Assembly (NCBI GenBank): GCA_030650425.1
Contig: JAUSED010000005.1
Coordinates: 270,932 to 334,931, forward strand
DNA: 64,000 bases
Reading direction: 5' to 3'
Origin: Candidatus Omnitrophota bacterium
GTDB taxonomy: Bacteria; Omnitrophota; Gorgyraeia; Gygaellales; Profunditerraquicolaceae
Part shown: positions 28,472 through 37,923 of the stretch, piece after piece
How positions within the stretch are numbered: the first letter of the stretch is position 1
Layout of the letters: the number at the start of each line of letters is the position of its first letter
The notes under the pieces: generated by a model
The model's input: the letters and a program-made list of their open reading frames with translations, nothing else
What the model was told of the DNA's origin: nothing
The model's database searches: none
Position numbers and translations under genes: made by a program

Positions 28472-29809
28472 ATGCCTAGCGAAGTATCCTTAGATAAAGT
28501 CCCGCCGCAGAATTTAGACGCTGAAATGGCAGTTTTAGGCTCGATGCTTCTAGACGCAGAAGCCATTGCTACGGGCGTTGAGATTTTGGATAAAAACTAC
28601 TTTTACAGAGATACCCACCAGAAAATATTCCAAGCTATTTCCGATCTTTATGCGGCGAATAAAGCGGTTGACCTGATTACTTTGACCGATCTGCTTAAGA
28701 GGGAAGGGACGCTGGACGCGATAGGCGGAGTGAGTTACCTCACCGCTTTAGCCAATGCCGTTCCAACATCAGCCAACATCAGCCACTATGTTTCGATCGT
28801 CAAAGAAAAAAGCATTTTAAGGACGCTGATCAATAACGCGACCAAGATTGTTTCGCTTTGTTATGAGAGCGACGGGAACGTGAGCGAGGTAGTCGATAGC
28901 GCGGAGAAGTTTATCTTTGAAGTCAGCGAAAGAAAATCCCAAGGCTCATACCTGCATTTGAAGGAGATTGTCAAGGATAGTATCGAAACGATAGATGTTT
29001 TATACCGGAAGAAGGCGCATGTTACGGGTATCCCGACAGGCTTTATTGATTTTGACATCAAGACCGCCGGATTACAGAATTCGGATTTGATTGTGGTTGC
29101 CGGAAGGCCTTCCATGGGTAAAAGCTCACTGGCTTTAGGGATGGTTGAACACGCCGGAATAGTCGAGAAGGTACCCACGGCAATCTTTAGTTTGGAAATG
29201 TCTAAAGAGCAGCTTGCCCAAAGGATGCTCTGTTCACACGCTAAAGTTGACGCGCAAAAAGTGCGCACCGGGTATCTGGCCACTTCTGATTGGCCCCGAC
29301 TGACCGCCGCCGCCGGAAAGCTCTCGGAAGCCCCGATTTTTATCGACGATACCCCGGGGATATCGGTAATGGAATTACGCGCCAAGGCCCGCCGGCTTAA
29401 GACCCAGCAGGATATCAAATTAATCATCCTTGACTATATGCAGTTAATGCGTGGTTCCTCCGGGATGGAGAGCCGTCAGCAGGAGATCTCTGAGATTTCG
29501 CGTTCGCTCAAGGCCTTAGCCAGGGAATTAAATATTCCCATTGTAGCGATAAGCCAGCTCTCGCGCGCGGTAGAATCGCGCACTGATCACCGGCCGCAAC
29601 TCTCTGACTTAAGGGAATCCGGCGCGATCGAACAGGATGCGGATGTCGTCGTCCTCTTATTAAGAGAGGAGTATTATACTCAGACCTCGGATAATCAGGG
29701 TATAGCCGAAGTAATCATCGCTAAGCAAAGAAACGGGCCGGTGGGCTCTCTTAAGCTTGCTTTTATCAAAGAATACACCCGGTTTGAGAATATCGCGAGG
29801 ATGGAATAA
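28472..29809 (+). CDS. dnaB: Replicative DNA helicase.
   Basis: 445 aa. DnaB N-terminal domain. Walker A GRPSMGKSS. …SQLSRAVESR… H4 motif. Confidence 0.9.
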   Translation: MPSEVSLDKVPPQNLDAEMAVLGSMLLDAEAIATGVEILDKNYFYRDTHQKIFQAISDLYAANKAVDLITLTDLLKREGTLDAIGGVSYLTALANAVPTSANISHYVSIVKEKSILRTLINNATKIVSLCYESDGNVSEVVDSAEKFIFEVSERKSQGSYLHLKEIVKDSIETIDVLYRKKAHVTGIPTGFIDFDIKTAGLQNSDLIVVAGRPSMGKSSLALGMVEHAGIVEKVPTAIFSLEMSKEQLAQRMLCSHAKVDAQKVRTGYLATSDWPRLTAAAGKLSEAPIFIDDTPGISVMELRAKARRLKTQQDIKLIILDYMQLMRGSSGMESRQQEISEISRSLKALARELNIPIVAISQLSRAVESRTDHRPQLSDLRESGAIEQDADVVVLLLREEYYTQTSDNQGIAEVIIAKQRNGPVGSLKLAFIKEYTRFENIARME

Positions 29810-29850
29810 TTAATTGCTTTTAGTAAATTCTTCCTATATAATATCACCCA

Positions 29851-32241
29851 ATGCGTAAAATATTATTTATACTTTTAGCCGCATTCTTTGTGTTAACCTC
29901 CCCATTCTTTTTATTCGCGGATGATGATCCACAGCCTACGCCAGAATCCGCTCAACAAACTCAAACAGCTAAAGCTGAACCGCTAAAGCTGGTGACTGCT
30001 ATTGAGATCAAAGGCAATAAAGCCATCAGCACCAACACGGTTGCCTCCAAGATGAAAACCCGCGTCGGCTCCCCTTATCTGGATAATGTCACCAGCGATG
30101 ATTTAAAGAGGCTTTATCTGCTAAATTTCTTTAGCGATATAAAAATAGATACCGAAAGTTATCAAGGCGGGGTGAAGGTGATTATTACCGTCACTGAGCG
30201 GCCGCTGATCAAGACAATCACCTTTTCCGGTATCAACCGCATTACGATGAAAGACGAGAAATTGAAACTCCAGTTAAAATCCAAAGAAGGGCAGTATCTT
30301 GATTATCCGACCCTTACCGAGGACGTGGCTGTGCTGAAAAAGATGTATGAAAAGATGGGTTATAATACCGCGGCGGTCAGTTATAAAATTGAAACAGACC
30401 CCGAAACGAATAAGGTTAACTTAAATTTTAATGTGGAAGAGGGCGGGAGGGTGCGCGTCAAGGATATTATTACCGAAGGGAACAAGGCTTTTACGCGCGC
30501 CCGGATATTAAAACTGCTTAAGACTAAGAGCGCCTGGCTTTTTAATGCCGGGGTGCTTAAAGAAGACGTGCTAAAAGAGGATATGCAGCGCATCAAAGCG
30601 TTCTATGGTAAAAATGGTTTTATCGATATCGCGGCGAGTTACGAAGTCAAACCTGATCCCAAGAAGCCGTATTTATTATATATCTATATCAGGATCAGCG
30701 AAGGAAATAAATATTTAGTTGGCAATGTTGTTCCGCAGGGATATAAGGATATAACGGAAAAAGAGATTCTTACGCGGATTAAAGAGTGCGCGCCGGGGAG
30801 TGTTTACAGCGAAGAAGCGATGAGGATGGACGTAGCCAATATTCAGGGGCTTTATTTTGACAAAGGGTATATCTCGGCGCAGGTACAGAATACCACTTCT
30901 TTAAACAGCGAAACGCGCCGCGTGGATATACTCTATAACATTATTGAAAATCAGGTGACTTATGTCGATAAAATCAAGATCCGCGGGAATATTAAGACCA
31001 GAGATTTAGTCATTCGCAGGGAGTTACGTATACATCCCGGAGATAAGTTTGACGGCGAAAAATTGAGGCGGAGTAAAGAACGCCTGCAGAATCTGGGATT
31101 TTTCGAGGATGTAAGCTATGATACGGAAGAGACACAAGTGCCGGATCAAAAAGACCTGGTGGTTGATGTCAAAGAATCTAAGACCGGTTCTTTTAGTTTT
31201 GGCGGCGGATACAGCACGGTTGATTCTATAGTCGGGTTTATTGAGGTAGAGCAGAAGAATTTCGACTGGAGGAATTGGCCTTATTTTACCGGCGCCGGGC
31301 AAAATTTAAAGCTGCGCGCCTCGATCGGTTCGATCACCACAGGATTCGACTTGAGTTTTACCGAGCCTTGGCTCTTTGATTATCCGGTAGCTTTTGGTTT
31401 TGACGCTTACCGGCGAACCCATAAGCGGGATACGGACGTAGGTTACGGCTACGATGAGAAGGTGACCGGAGGAGACCTGCGCTTGGGAAGGGAGATTTCC
31501 GAATATCTTAGGGCTGATGTTATTTATAGGTTGGACGCGATCAATATAACCAATGTAGACACCAATGCTGCTTATCTGCAGCAGGATTCAGGCAATACAA
31601 CCATTAGCAGCTTAACTCCTAGCTTTAGTTTTGACAGCCGGGATAATGTTTTTGAACCGCGTAAAGGAGATTTACTCACTGGTTCTGTAGAGTTGGCCGG
31701 CGGCCCATTAGGAGGAGGCAAGGATTACTGGAAATTTTTTGGCCGGGCAAGCCACTATTTTCCGATGCCCCGTAACGCCTCCCTTGAAATAAGAGGGAGA
31801 GTTGGTTTAGGTGATCCTTACGGAGATACTGAACATATACCTATTTATGAAAGGTTCTTTGCCGGAGGCGCATATACGATTAGGGGTTACAAAGAAAGAT
31901 CTGTCGGGCCGGTAGATCCTACCAGTAATGATCCGGTCGGAGGCGCCTCAATGTTAATCGGCAATATTGAGTATCTTTATCCATTATTCGGTTTTCTTAA
32001 AGTAGCGGCATTTTATGATGTCGGCAATGTTTGGGAGAAATTAGGAGATATAGGTACCAATAAGAACGCTAACAACGTAATTAACAGCGGCGGTTTTAAA
32101 TCCGGTATTGGGTTAGGGTTACGTATCAGGACGCCGATCGGCCCGGTGATGCTGGATTATGGCTTTCCGATGAATAAGGCTTCTGGAGAGGATTCGATAG
32201 GTGACGGGGAGTTGCACTTTAGCGTGAGTAATTCATTTTAA
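29851..32241 (+). CDS. bamA: Outer-membrane protein assembly factor BamA.
   Basis: 796 aa. Signal peptide, POTRA repeats, C-terminal Omp85 beta-barrel ending in an aromatic residue. Confidence 0.85.
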   Translation: MRKILFILLAAFFVLTSPFFLFADDDPQPTPESAQQTQTAKAEPLKLVTAIEIKGNKAISTNTVASKMKTRVGSPYLDNVTSDDLKRLYLLNFFSDIKIDTESYQGGVKVIITVTERPLIKTITFSGINRITMKDEKLKLQLKSKEGQYLDYPTLTEDVAVLKKMYEKMGYNTAAVSYKIETDPETNKVNLNFNVEEGGRVRVKDIITEGNKAFTRARILKLLKTKSAWLFNAGVLKEDVLKEDMQRIKAFYGKNGFIDIAASYEVKPDPKKPYLLYIYIRISEGNKYLVGNVVPQGYKDITEKEILTRIKECAPGSVYSEEAMRMDVANIQGLYFDKGYISAQVQNTTSLNSETRRVDILYNIIENQVTYVDKIKIRGNIKTRDLVIRRELRIHPGDKFDGEKLRRSKERLQNLGFFEDVSYDTEETQVPDQKDLVVDVKESKTGSFSFGGGYSTVDSIVGFIEVEQKNFDWRNWPYFTGAGQNLKLRASIGSITTGFDLSFTEPWLFDYPVAFGFDAYRRTHKRDTDVGYGYDEKVTGGDLRLGREISEYLRADVIYRLDAINITNVDTNAAYLQQDSGNTTISSLTPSFSFDSRDNVFEPRKGDLLTGSVELAGGPLGGGKDYWKFFGRASHYFPMPRNASLEIRGRVGLGDPYGDTEHIPIYERFFAGGAYTIRGYKERSVGPVDPTSNDPVGGASMLIGNIEYLYPLFGFLKVAAFYDVGNVWEKLGDIGTNKNANNVINSGGFKSGIGLGLRIRTPIGPVMLDYGFPMNKASGEDSIGDGELHFSVSNSF

Positions 32242-32255
32242 AAGGAGGAAGTAAG

Positions 32256-32756
32256 ATGAAGAAGTTGTTAGTGGTGTTGTGCGGTATTTTGTTAGGTGCT
32301 TTTATTTTAAGCGGAGTAGCTCAGGCGGCGGAAAAGTTTGCTTATATTAATTTAGCCCGCGCTTTCAGTGAATATTCTAAAACCAAGGATTTTGATAAAG
32401 CCTTAACCGACAAAGAGAATAGCTATACTGCTGAAAGAGACAAGAAGATCAATGAATTAAATTCTCTCAAAGATAAATTCAATCTGCTCAGCGATAAAGA
32501 GAAAGACGCCAAAAAGAACGAATTGGAGAATAAGGCCAAGGCAATCAAGGATTTTATGACCCAGAAAGAAGCAGGCTTGCGCAAAGAGCAGGAAGATAAA
32601 ATGAAAGAAGTGCTTAAGGATATCGAGTCAACCGTGAAGACCTACGCGGAAAAAGAAGGCTATACTCTCGTCTTTAACGATCGGGTATTGGTTTATCAAA
32701 CCAAGAGTATGGATATTACGGATCCAATCGTCGGGTTATTGAATAAGAAGAAATAA
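32256..32756 (+). CDS. skp: OmpH/Skp periplasmic chaperone.
   Basis: 166 aa. Signal peptide, coiled-coil Lys/Glu-rich body. Sits between bamA and lpxD as usual. Confidence 0.7.
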   Translation: MKKLLVVLCGILLGAFILSGVAQAAEKFAYINLARAFSEYSKTKDFDKALTDKENSYTAERDKKINELNSLKDKFNLLSDKEKDAKKNELENKAKAIKDFMTQKEAGLRKEQEDKMKEVLKDIESTVKTYAEKEGYTLVFNDRVLVYQTKSMDITDPIVGLLNKKK

Positions 32757-32781
32757 AGTTGGCCATAGAGATTGAGTTATC

Positions 32782-33828
32782 ATGCGTAAAACCCTAAAGG
32801 AAATTGCTCAAGCCATTGAGGGCGAGCTTAGCGGCGATGCCGGGGTCCTGATTACTGGAGTATCTGGAATAAGGGAAGCAGTTTCAGGCGAGATTACCTT
32901 TTTGGCTAATCCGAAATATGCCCCGCTTTTAGCTACAACAGCCGCTTCCGCGATCATCATCTCCAAAGAGACCGAAGCCCCGCCAGCCAAAAACGTTATC
33001 CGCGCCGAAAATCCATCATTAGCCTTTGCCAAGATTATCTCTCTGATGGGCCCCGGTGAAACAAAACGTCATAAGGGTATAGATCCCAGTGTTTTACTGG
33101 GTAAGGCTGTTAAGTTAGGTAAAGGCGCCGCCATAGGGGCTTATGTGGTTATCGAGGATGGCGCGCAAATCGGGGATCATGTGGTAATCTATCCCGGATG
33201 TTTTATCGGCTACGAGACTAAGATAGGTAACGGCACCTTGATTTATCCTAATGTTTCCATTCGTGAACGCGTTTCGATCGGGGAGCGCGTGATTGTCCAC
33301 AGCGGTACGGTGATTGGCTCGGATGGATTCGGTTTTGTGGAAGTTAATGGTAAGCATCAGAAAATACCGCAGGTCGGTACAGTGGAAATCGGGGATGATG
33401 TTGAAATCGGCGCTAACGTGACTATTGACCGGGCGCGTTTTGATAAAACGATTATCGGACGGGGAACTAAGATCGATAATCTTGTTCAGATTGCCCATAA
33501 TGTGGTGATCGGAGAGAATTGCCTGATTGTGGCGCAAGTGGGGATATCCGGCTCGACCACAATTGGCAACAATGTGGTTTTGGCCGGTCAGGCAGGATTA
33601 GTCGGGCATATTACTGTCGGTGATAACGCCATCGTCACTGCCCAGTCGGGAGTAAGTAAATCGGTGCCTGCCGGAGCTATGTTCGCGGGATATCCGGCGC
33701 GGCCGTTCCACGAAAATCAGCGAGCGCATGCCTACGTGCATAATTTGCCTAAGCTGTTTGATTTGGTTAAGGAACTTAAGAAGAAAATAGAAGACCTAGA
33801 AAATAAAATGAAAGATAGGGATGACTAA
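32782..33828 (+). CDS. lpxD: UDP-3-O-acylglucosamine N-acyltransferase.
   Basis: 348 aa. Left-handed beta-helix hexapeptide repeats. LpxD-type N-terminus. Confidence 0.85.
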   Translation: MRKTLKEIAQAIEGELSGDAGVLITGVSGIREAVSGEITFLANPKYAPLLATTAASAIIISKETEAPPAKNVIRAENPSLAFAKIISLMGPGETKRHKGIDPSVLLGKAVKLGKGAAIGAYVVIEDGAQIGDHVVIYPGCFIGYETKIGNGTLIYPNVSIRERVSIGERVIVHSGTVIGSDGFGFVEVNGKHQKIPQVGTVEIGDDVEIGANVTIDRARFDKTIIGRGTKIDNLVQIAHNVVIGENCLIVAQVGISGSTTIGNNVVLAGQAGLVGHITVGDNAIVTAQSGVSKSVPAGAMFAGYPARPFHENQRAHAYVHNLPKLFDLVKELKKKIEDLENKMKDRDD

Positions 33829-35125
33829 ACAAAAAACGATTGCCAAAGATATAAGTTTTAGCGGTATTGGTTTACATACGGCTCATCAGGCGAAGGTTAC
33901 CTTGAAACCAGCTCCTGTCGATAACGGGGTTGTTTTCATCCGTCGTGACCTTCCGGGAAGCCCCCGGATTAAGGCCTGCGTGGAGAATATGCTTTCGGCG
34001 GGGAAAAGTCCGCGCAGGACATCGGTTGAAGAGAATGCCGCCTGCGTCCAGACAGTCGAACACCTGATGGCGGCTTTATCCGGTTTGGGCATAGATAATC
34101 TGTATGTTGAGCTGGATAATAACGAAATGCCCGGCCTCGACGGGAGCAGTCTAAATTTCGTGGAGTTTATTGAGCAGGCGGGGATCAAGGAAGAAGGCAA
34201 GGAAGAAGATTGCTTTTTCCTCAAAGAACCGATCAAAATAGAGGAAGGGGGTTCTTCGATTATCGCCCTGCCTTCCCCGGAACTTAAAATTTCTTACACG
34301 CTTGATTATAACCTCGCGCTTCCGAAAACAGAGTTTCTCGAGATAACCCTTAACCCCGGGACATTCAAGAAAGAGATTGCCGGCGCAAGGACATTTTGTT
34401 TGGAGAGCGAGATTGACGAGTTGAAAAAGCAGGGCCTCGGACAAGGCGCAAATTATGAAAACACCCTTGTCTTAGATAAGGATGGTAGGGTAATCAAAAA
34501 TAAAACCCGTTTTCCCAACGAAGCGGTCAGGCACAAGGTGCTGGATTTGATCGGGGATCTGTATTTTACCGGCGCACCGGTAAGGGCGCAGATTATTGCC
34601 TTAAAAAGCGGGCATTCTTTAAACCTGAAACTGGTAAATAAAATAAACGAGCAAAAGATGAAAAACTCTCTACCTGCGCGAAAGGGAGTCTTGGAAGTAA
34701 CGGATATTATGAAAATAATTCCGCATCGGGAGCCTTTCCTTTTTATAGACAGGATCACCAGTATCGAATACGGGAAGCGGGCTACCGGGATTAAGAACGT
34801 GACGATCAATGATTACTTTTTTAAAGGGCATTTCCCCGGCAGGCCGGTGATGCCCGGGGTGATTATCGTCGAGGCAATGGCTCAGGTAGGCGCGGTGATG
34901 CTGCTTGCTTCTAGTGAATACCGGGGGAAACTCGCCTTCTTTATGTCCATTAACAACGTAAAATTCCGTAAACCCGTAGTTCCGGGTGACCAGCTTGTTT
35001 TTGAAGTTGAAACAGTAAAGGTAAAGTCTAAGATCGGACAGGTGCGCGGCAAGGCTTTAGTCGACGGTAAGGTAGTGGCGGAGGCAGACTTTATCTGCGC
35101 CTTGGTAGAAAATGCCCATACATAA
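33821..35125 (+). CDS. lpxC: Bifunctional UDP-3-O-acyl-GlcNAc deacetylase / 3-hydroxyacyl-ACP dehydratase (LpxC-FabZ fusion).
   Basis: 434 aa. N-terminal about 280 aa LpxC (…SGIGLHTA…HKVLDLIGDL…). C-terminal about 145 aa FabZ hot-dog (…FFKGHFPGRPVMPGV…). Confidence 0.85.
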   Translation: MTKQKTIAKDISFSGIGLHTAHQAKVTLKPAPVDNGVVFIRRDLPGSPRIKACVENMLSAGKSPRRTSVEENAACVQTVEHLMAALSGLGIDNLYVELDNNEMPGLDGSSLNFVEFIEQAGIKEEGKEEDCFFLKEPIKIEEGGSSIIALPSPELKISYTLDYNLALPKTEFLEITLNPGTFKKEIAGARTFCLESEIDELKKQGLGQGANYENTLVLDKDGRVIKNKTRFPNEAVRHKVLDLIGDLYFTGAPVRAQIIALKSGHSLNLKLVNKINEQKMKNSLPARKGVLEVTDIMKIIPHREPFLFIDRITSIEYGKRATGIKNVTINDYFFKGHFPGRPVMPGVIIVEAMAQVGAVMLLASSEYRGKLAFFMSINNVKFRKPVVPGDQLVFEVETVKVKSKIGQVRGKALVDGKVVAEADFICALVENAHT

Positions 35126-35894
35126 CACAGCTTTAGTTTCCAAGGGAGCAAAATTAGGCGAGAATGTATCGGTCGGGCCTTATTCGGTTATTGGCGAAGC
35201 CGCGCTGATCGGCGCGGGGACGAAGATCGCCAGCCACTGCGTAGTGGAAGGCAACACCGCCATCGGTAAAAATTGCGAGATTTTCACCGGCGCGGTTATC
35301 GGTTCCCGTCCGCAGGATTTAAAATATAAAGGGGCAAAGGTATATTTAGAGGTCGGTGATAATAATATTATCCGTGAATATTGCACGCTTAATCCCGGGA
35401 CAGAAGAGGGTTCCAAGACTAGCGTCGGAAACGGTAATTTAATCATGGCTTATTCCCATGTGGCGCATGACTGCCGCCTGGGGGATAATTGTGTCTTGGC
35501 TAACGGAGCGACCCTTGCCGGGCATGTGACCATCGAAGACCGGGCAGTGATCGGTGGACTAGTGGCCATACATCAGTTTGTCAGGGTTGGCGCGCTCTCG
35601 ATCATCGGCGGTTGTTCCAAAGTAGTGCAGGATATCCCGCCTTATTCTACTTGCGACGGCCATCCCGCGGCTGTATTCGGGTTAAATCTTATCGGCCTAA
35701 GGCGGCATAATGTTTCCAAAGAATCGATAGGCTTGCTTGATGATGCCTTTAGGATACTTTTTAGTTCCGGGTTATCTATAAAGCACGGTTTGGAAAAATT
35801 AGTCAAAGAAGTTAAATCAACCGCTGAAATTACCTACCTCGTGGAATTCATCAAAAAGACAGAGCGCGGGATCGCGCGTTCCTGTAGGAAATAA
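35112..35894 (+). CDS. lpxA: Acyl-ACP:UDP-GlcNAc O-acyltransferase.
   Basis: 260 aa. Hexapeptide beta-helix plus the LpxA C-terminal helical domain. Confidence 0.85.
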   Translation: MPIHNTALVSKGAKLGENVSVGPYSVIGEAALIGAGTKIASHCVVEGNTAIGKNCEIFTGAVIGSRPQDLKYKGAKVYLEVGDNNIIREYCTLNPGTEEGSKTSVGNGNLIMAYSHVAHDCRLGDNCVLANGATLAGHVTIEDRAVIGGLVAIHQFVRVGALSIIGGCSKVVQDIPPYSTCDGHPAAVFGLNLIGLRRHNVSKESIGLLDDAFRILFSSGLSIKHGLEKLVKEVKSTAEITYLVEFIKKTERGIARSCRK

Positions 35895-35899
35895 ACGGT

Positions 35900-36703
35900 A
35901 TGGAAAAAATAGGTTTAATCGCCGGCAACAGGAAATTTCCGCTTTTGTTCTGCGAGGCGGCTAAAGGCAAAGGGTATTCTGTGATTGCCATCGCCATCAA
36001 AGGAGAGACTTCCGCTAAGATCAAGAAGCTGGCGGACAAAGTTTATTGGCTTCGTCTTTCCGAATTTGAAAAGATTTTTGAAATATTTAATTCCGAAGGA
36101 GTAAAAAAAATAGTGATGGCCGGCCAAGTCAGCCCTGCTCGTCTTTTTAGCCGGGAGGTAAGGAATAGCGAAGTTATTCAGCAGATACTTTCCAAGATTA
36201 TGAATAAGAAAGCCGATAGCATCTTCGGAGCGATCGCGGAAAAATTAGAGGAGCGCGGTTTGGTATTAATGGACTCACATACTTTTGTCGAAGATCTAAT
36301 GGCGAAGAAGGGAACGCTTACGCAAACTAAGCCTGATTCGCTAACGCGGGAAGATATTAATTTTGGCTTTGAGCTGGCTAAATCCGTGGCGGCTTTAGAT
36401 ATCGGTCAGACTGTAGCGGTAAAAGATAAGGCGATCGTGGCAGTGGAGGCTTTGGAAGGGACAGATAATCTTATTCGGCGCGCGGGAAAAATTTACCGCG
36501 GAGGGATAACTGTGGTGAAAGTGGCTAAGCCAAAACAGGATATGCGTTTTGATATACCGGTAGTCGGCTTAAGGACTATCCAAAATCTTGTCAGGGCAGG
36601 CGCTAAATGCCTTGCTATAGAAGCGGATAAGACGCTTTTTATTGACCGCGAAGCTAGTGTCAGGCTGGCAGAAAAAAATGGTATTGCGATAGTTGGGGTT
36701 TAA
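35900..36703 (+). CDS. lpxI: UDP-2,3-diacylglucosamine hydrolase LpxI (DUF1009).
   Basis: 267 aa. Starts …IGLIAGNRKFPLL…. DUF1009-like. Located in the lpx cluster. Confidence 0.6.
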   Translation: MEKIGLIAGNRKFPLLFCEAAKGKGYSVIAIAIKGETSAKIKKLADKVYWLRLSEFEKIFEIFNSEGVKKIVMAGQVSPARLFSREVRNSEVIQQILSKIMNKKADSIFGAIAEKLEERGLVLMDSHTFVEDLMAKKGTLTQTKPDSLTREDINFGFELAKSVAALDIGQTVAVKDKAIVAVEALEGTDNLIRRAGKIYRGGITVVKVAKPKQDMRFDIPVVGLRTIQNLVRAGAKCLAIEADKTLFIDREASVRLAEKNGIAIVGV

Positions 36704-36710
36704 ATTTTTC

Positions 36711-36739
36711 TTGACACTTTTTTATAGGGGTGTATAAAT
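36711..36739 (+). promoter_or_regulatory. Candidate promoter TTGACA-N17-ATAAAT upstream of the CBM48 gene.
   Basis: Hexamers read from the sequence. AAGGAGGGGG RBS at 36749. Confidence 0.35.
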
Positions 36740-36759
36740 ATAGGTAACAAGGAGGGGGC

Positions 36760-37035
36760 ATGGCTAGATTAATGGGGTCAAAGACGGTTGAATTCAAGTT
36801 TTACGCTCCAAAAGCTAAAAAAGTAGCTCTGGCAGGTACTTTTAATAGCTGGGAAGCTAAGAGGCTTGGGGGAAAGAGAGATTCTGCGGGTAACTGGTTA
36901 GTGAAGACGAATCTTAAGCCGGGCAGGTACGAATATAAATTTTTAGTTGATGGCAATTGGATGAATGACCCGCGTTGCACGACCTGCGTATCTAATGCCT
37001 TTGGCACGCAGAACTGTGTGGTGGAAGTAAAATAA
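36760..37035 (+). CDS. Stand-alone glycogen-binding module (CBM48 / AMPK-beta-like E-set domain).
   Basis: 91 aa. …FKFYAPKAKKVALAGTFNSWE……GRYEYKFLVDGNWMNDP… is typical of the isoamylase-N / AMPK1_CBM fold. Confidence 0.55.
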   Translation: MARLMGSKTVEFKFYAPKAKKVALAGTFNSWEAKRLGGKRDSAGNWLVKTNLKPGRYEYKFLVDGNWMNDPRCTTCVSNAFGTQNCVVEVK

Positions 37036-37036
37036 A

Positions 37037-37756
37037 CTGAAATACCTCTACGGTCCGGTAAAATCGCGCAGGCTGGGCAATTCCCTGGGTATAAGCCTCA
37101 CGCCTTATAAGACCTGTAGTTTTGATTGTATTTATTGCCAGTTGGGCAGGACTAATAAACTGACCATTGAGAGGAAAGAATATGTCCAGATAAACGATAT
37201 AATCGAAGAATTAAAATTTTGGCTGGCAGATAATCAAGAAGCAGCGCAAGGCTTAGAATATATTACCCTCTCCGGTTCCGGAGAACCTACCTTAAATATC
37301 AAACTCGCGGAATTAATCGCCGCAATCAGAAGCTTAACCCCCCTTAAAATCGCAGTGCTTACCAATTCTTCGCTTTTGGGAGATCCTCAGGTGCGCCGGC
37401 AATTATTGCAAGCGGATTTAATTGTCCCTTCTTTGGACGCGGTAACCCAGCAATTATTTGTCAGAATCGATCGGCCTCATCCCGACATAAGCGTAGAAAA
37501 TGTGATTAACGGTTTAGCCGCCTTAAGGAGAGAATTCCGCGGCAAGATCTGGCTGGAAGTAATGTTGGTAAAGGGGATCAATGACGATATCAGGCATATC
37601 CGTAAATTAAAGGAAGTGATTGAAAGAATAAATCCCGACAAGGTGCAGTTGAATTCTCCGGTGCGCACTACTGCTGAAGAAGGAGTCCTTCCGGTTGCTA
37701 AAAGCAAGCTGAAGAAGATTAAGGAAATCTTAGGGGAGAAGGTAGAGATTTTTTGA
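37037..37756 (+). CDS. Radical SAM protein (COG0731-like) with a non-canonical start.
   Basis: The CxxxCxxC motif (CSFDCIYCQ) and the conserved N-terminal YGPVKSRRLGNSLGISL lie upstream of the first canonical start (TTG at 37142). The frame is open from 37031, and a CTG at 37037 sits where homologues have Met. Confidence 0.55.
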   Translation: MKYLYGPVKSRRLGNSLGISLTPYKTCSFDCIYCQLGRTNKLTIERKEYVQINDIIEELKFWLADNQEAAQGLEYITLSGSGEPTLNIKLAELIAAIRSLTPLKIAVLTNSSLLGDPQVRRQLLQADLIVPSLDAVTQQLFVRIDRPHPDISVENVINGLAALRREFRGKIWLEVMLVKGINDDIRHIRKLKEVIERINPDKVQLNSPVRTTAEEGVLPVAKSKLKKIKEILGEKVEIF

Positions 37757-37773
37757 CGCGCCTATTGTCATTC

Positions 37774-37847
37774 GCGCCTGTAGCTCAACTGGATAGAGCG
37801 CTAGCCTTCGGAGCTAGGCGTTGCAGGTTCAAGTCCTGCCAGGCGCA
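37774..37847 (+). tRNA. tRNA-Arg (anticodon UCG).
   Basis: Acceptor GCGCCTG/CAGGCGC. D-arm GCTC/GAGC. Anticodon stem CTAGC/GCTAG with loop CUUCGGA. T-arm GCAGG-TTCAAGT-CCTGC. Confidence 0.75.
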
Positions 37848-37886
37848 GATAAAACTCTTTGTACACCGCGTAGGTGCACATGGGTC

Positions 37887-37915
37887 TTGACAAAATCTTA
37901 GAAAATTTATATACT
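37887..37915 (+). promoter_or_regulatory. Sigma70-like promoter TTGACA-N17-TATACT for the ABC transporter operon. The transcript would be near-leaderless.
   Basis: Consensus hexamers. The -10 ends 8 nt before the ATG at 37924. Confidence 0.45.
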
Positions 37916-37923
37916 AATAAAAA

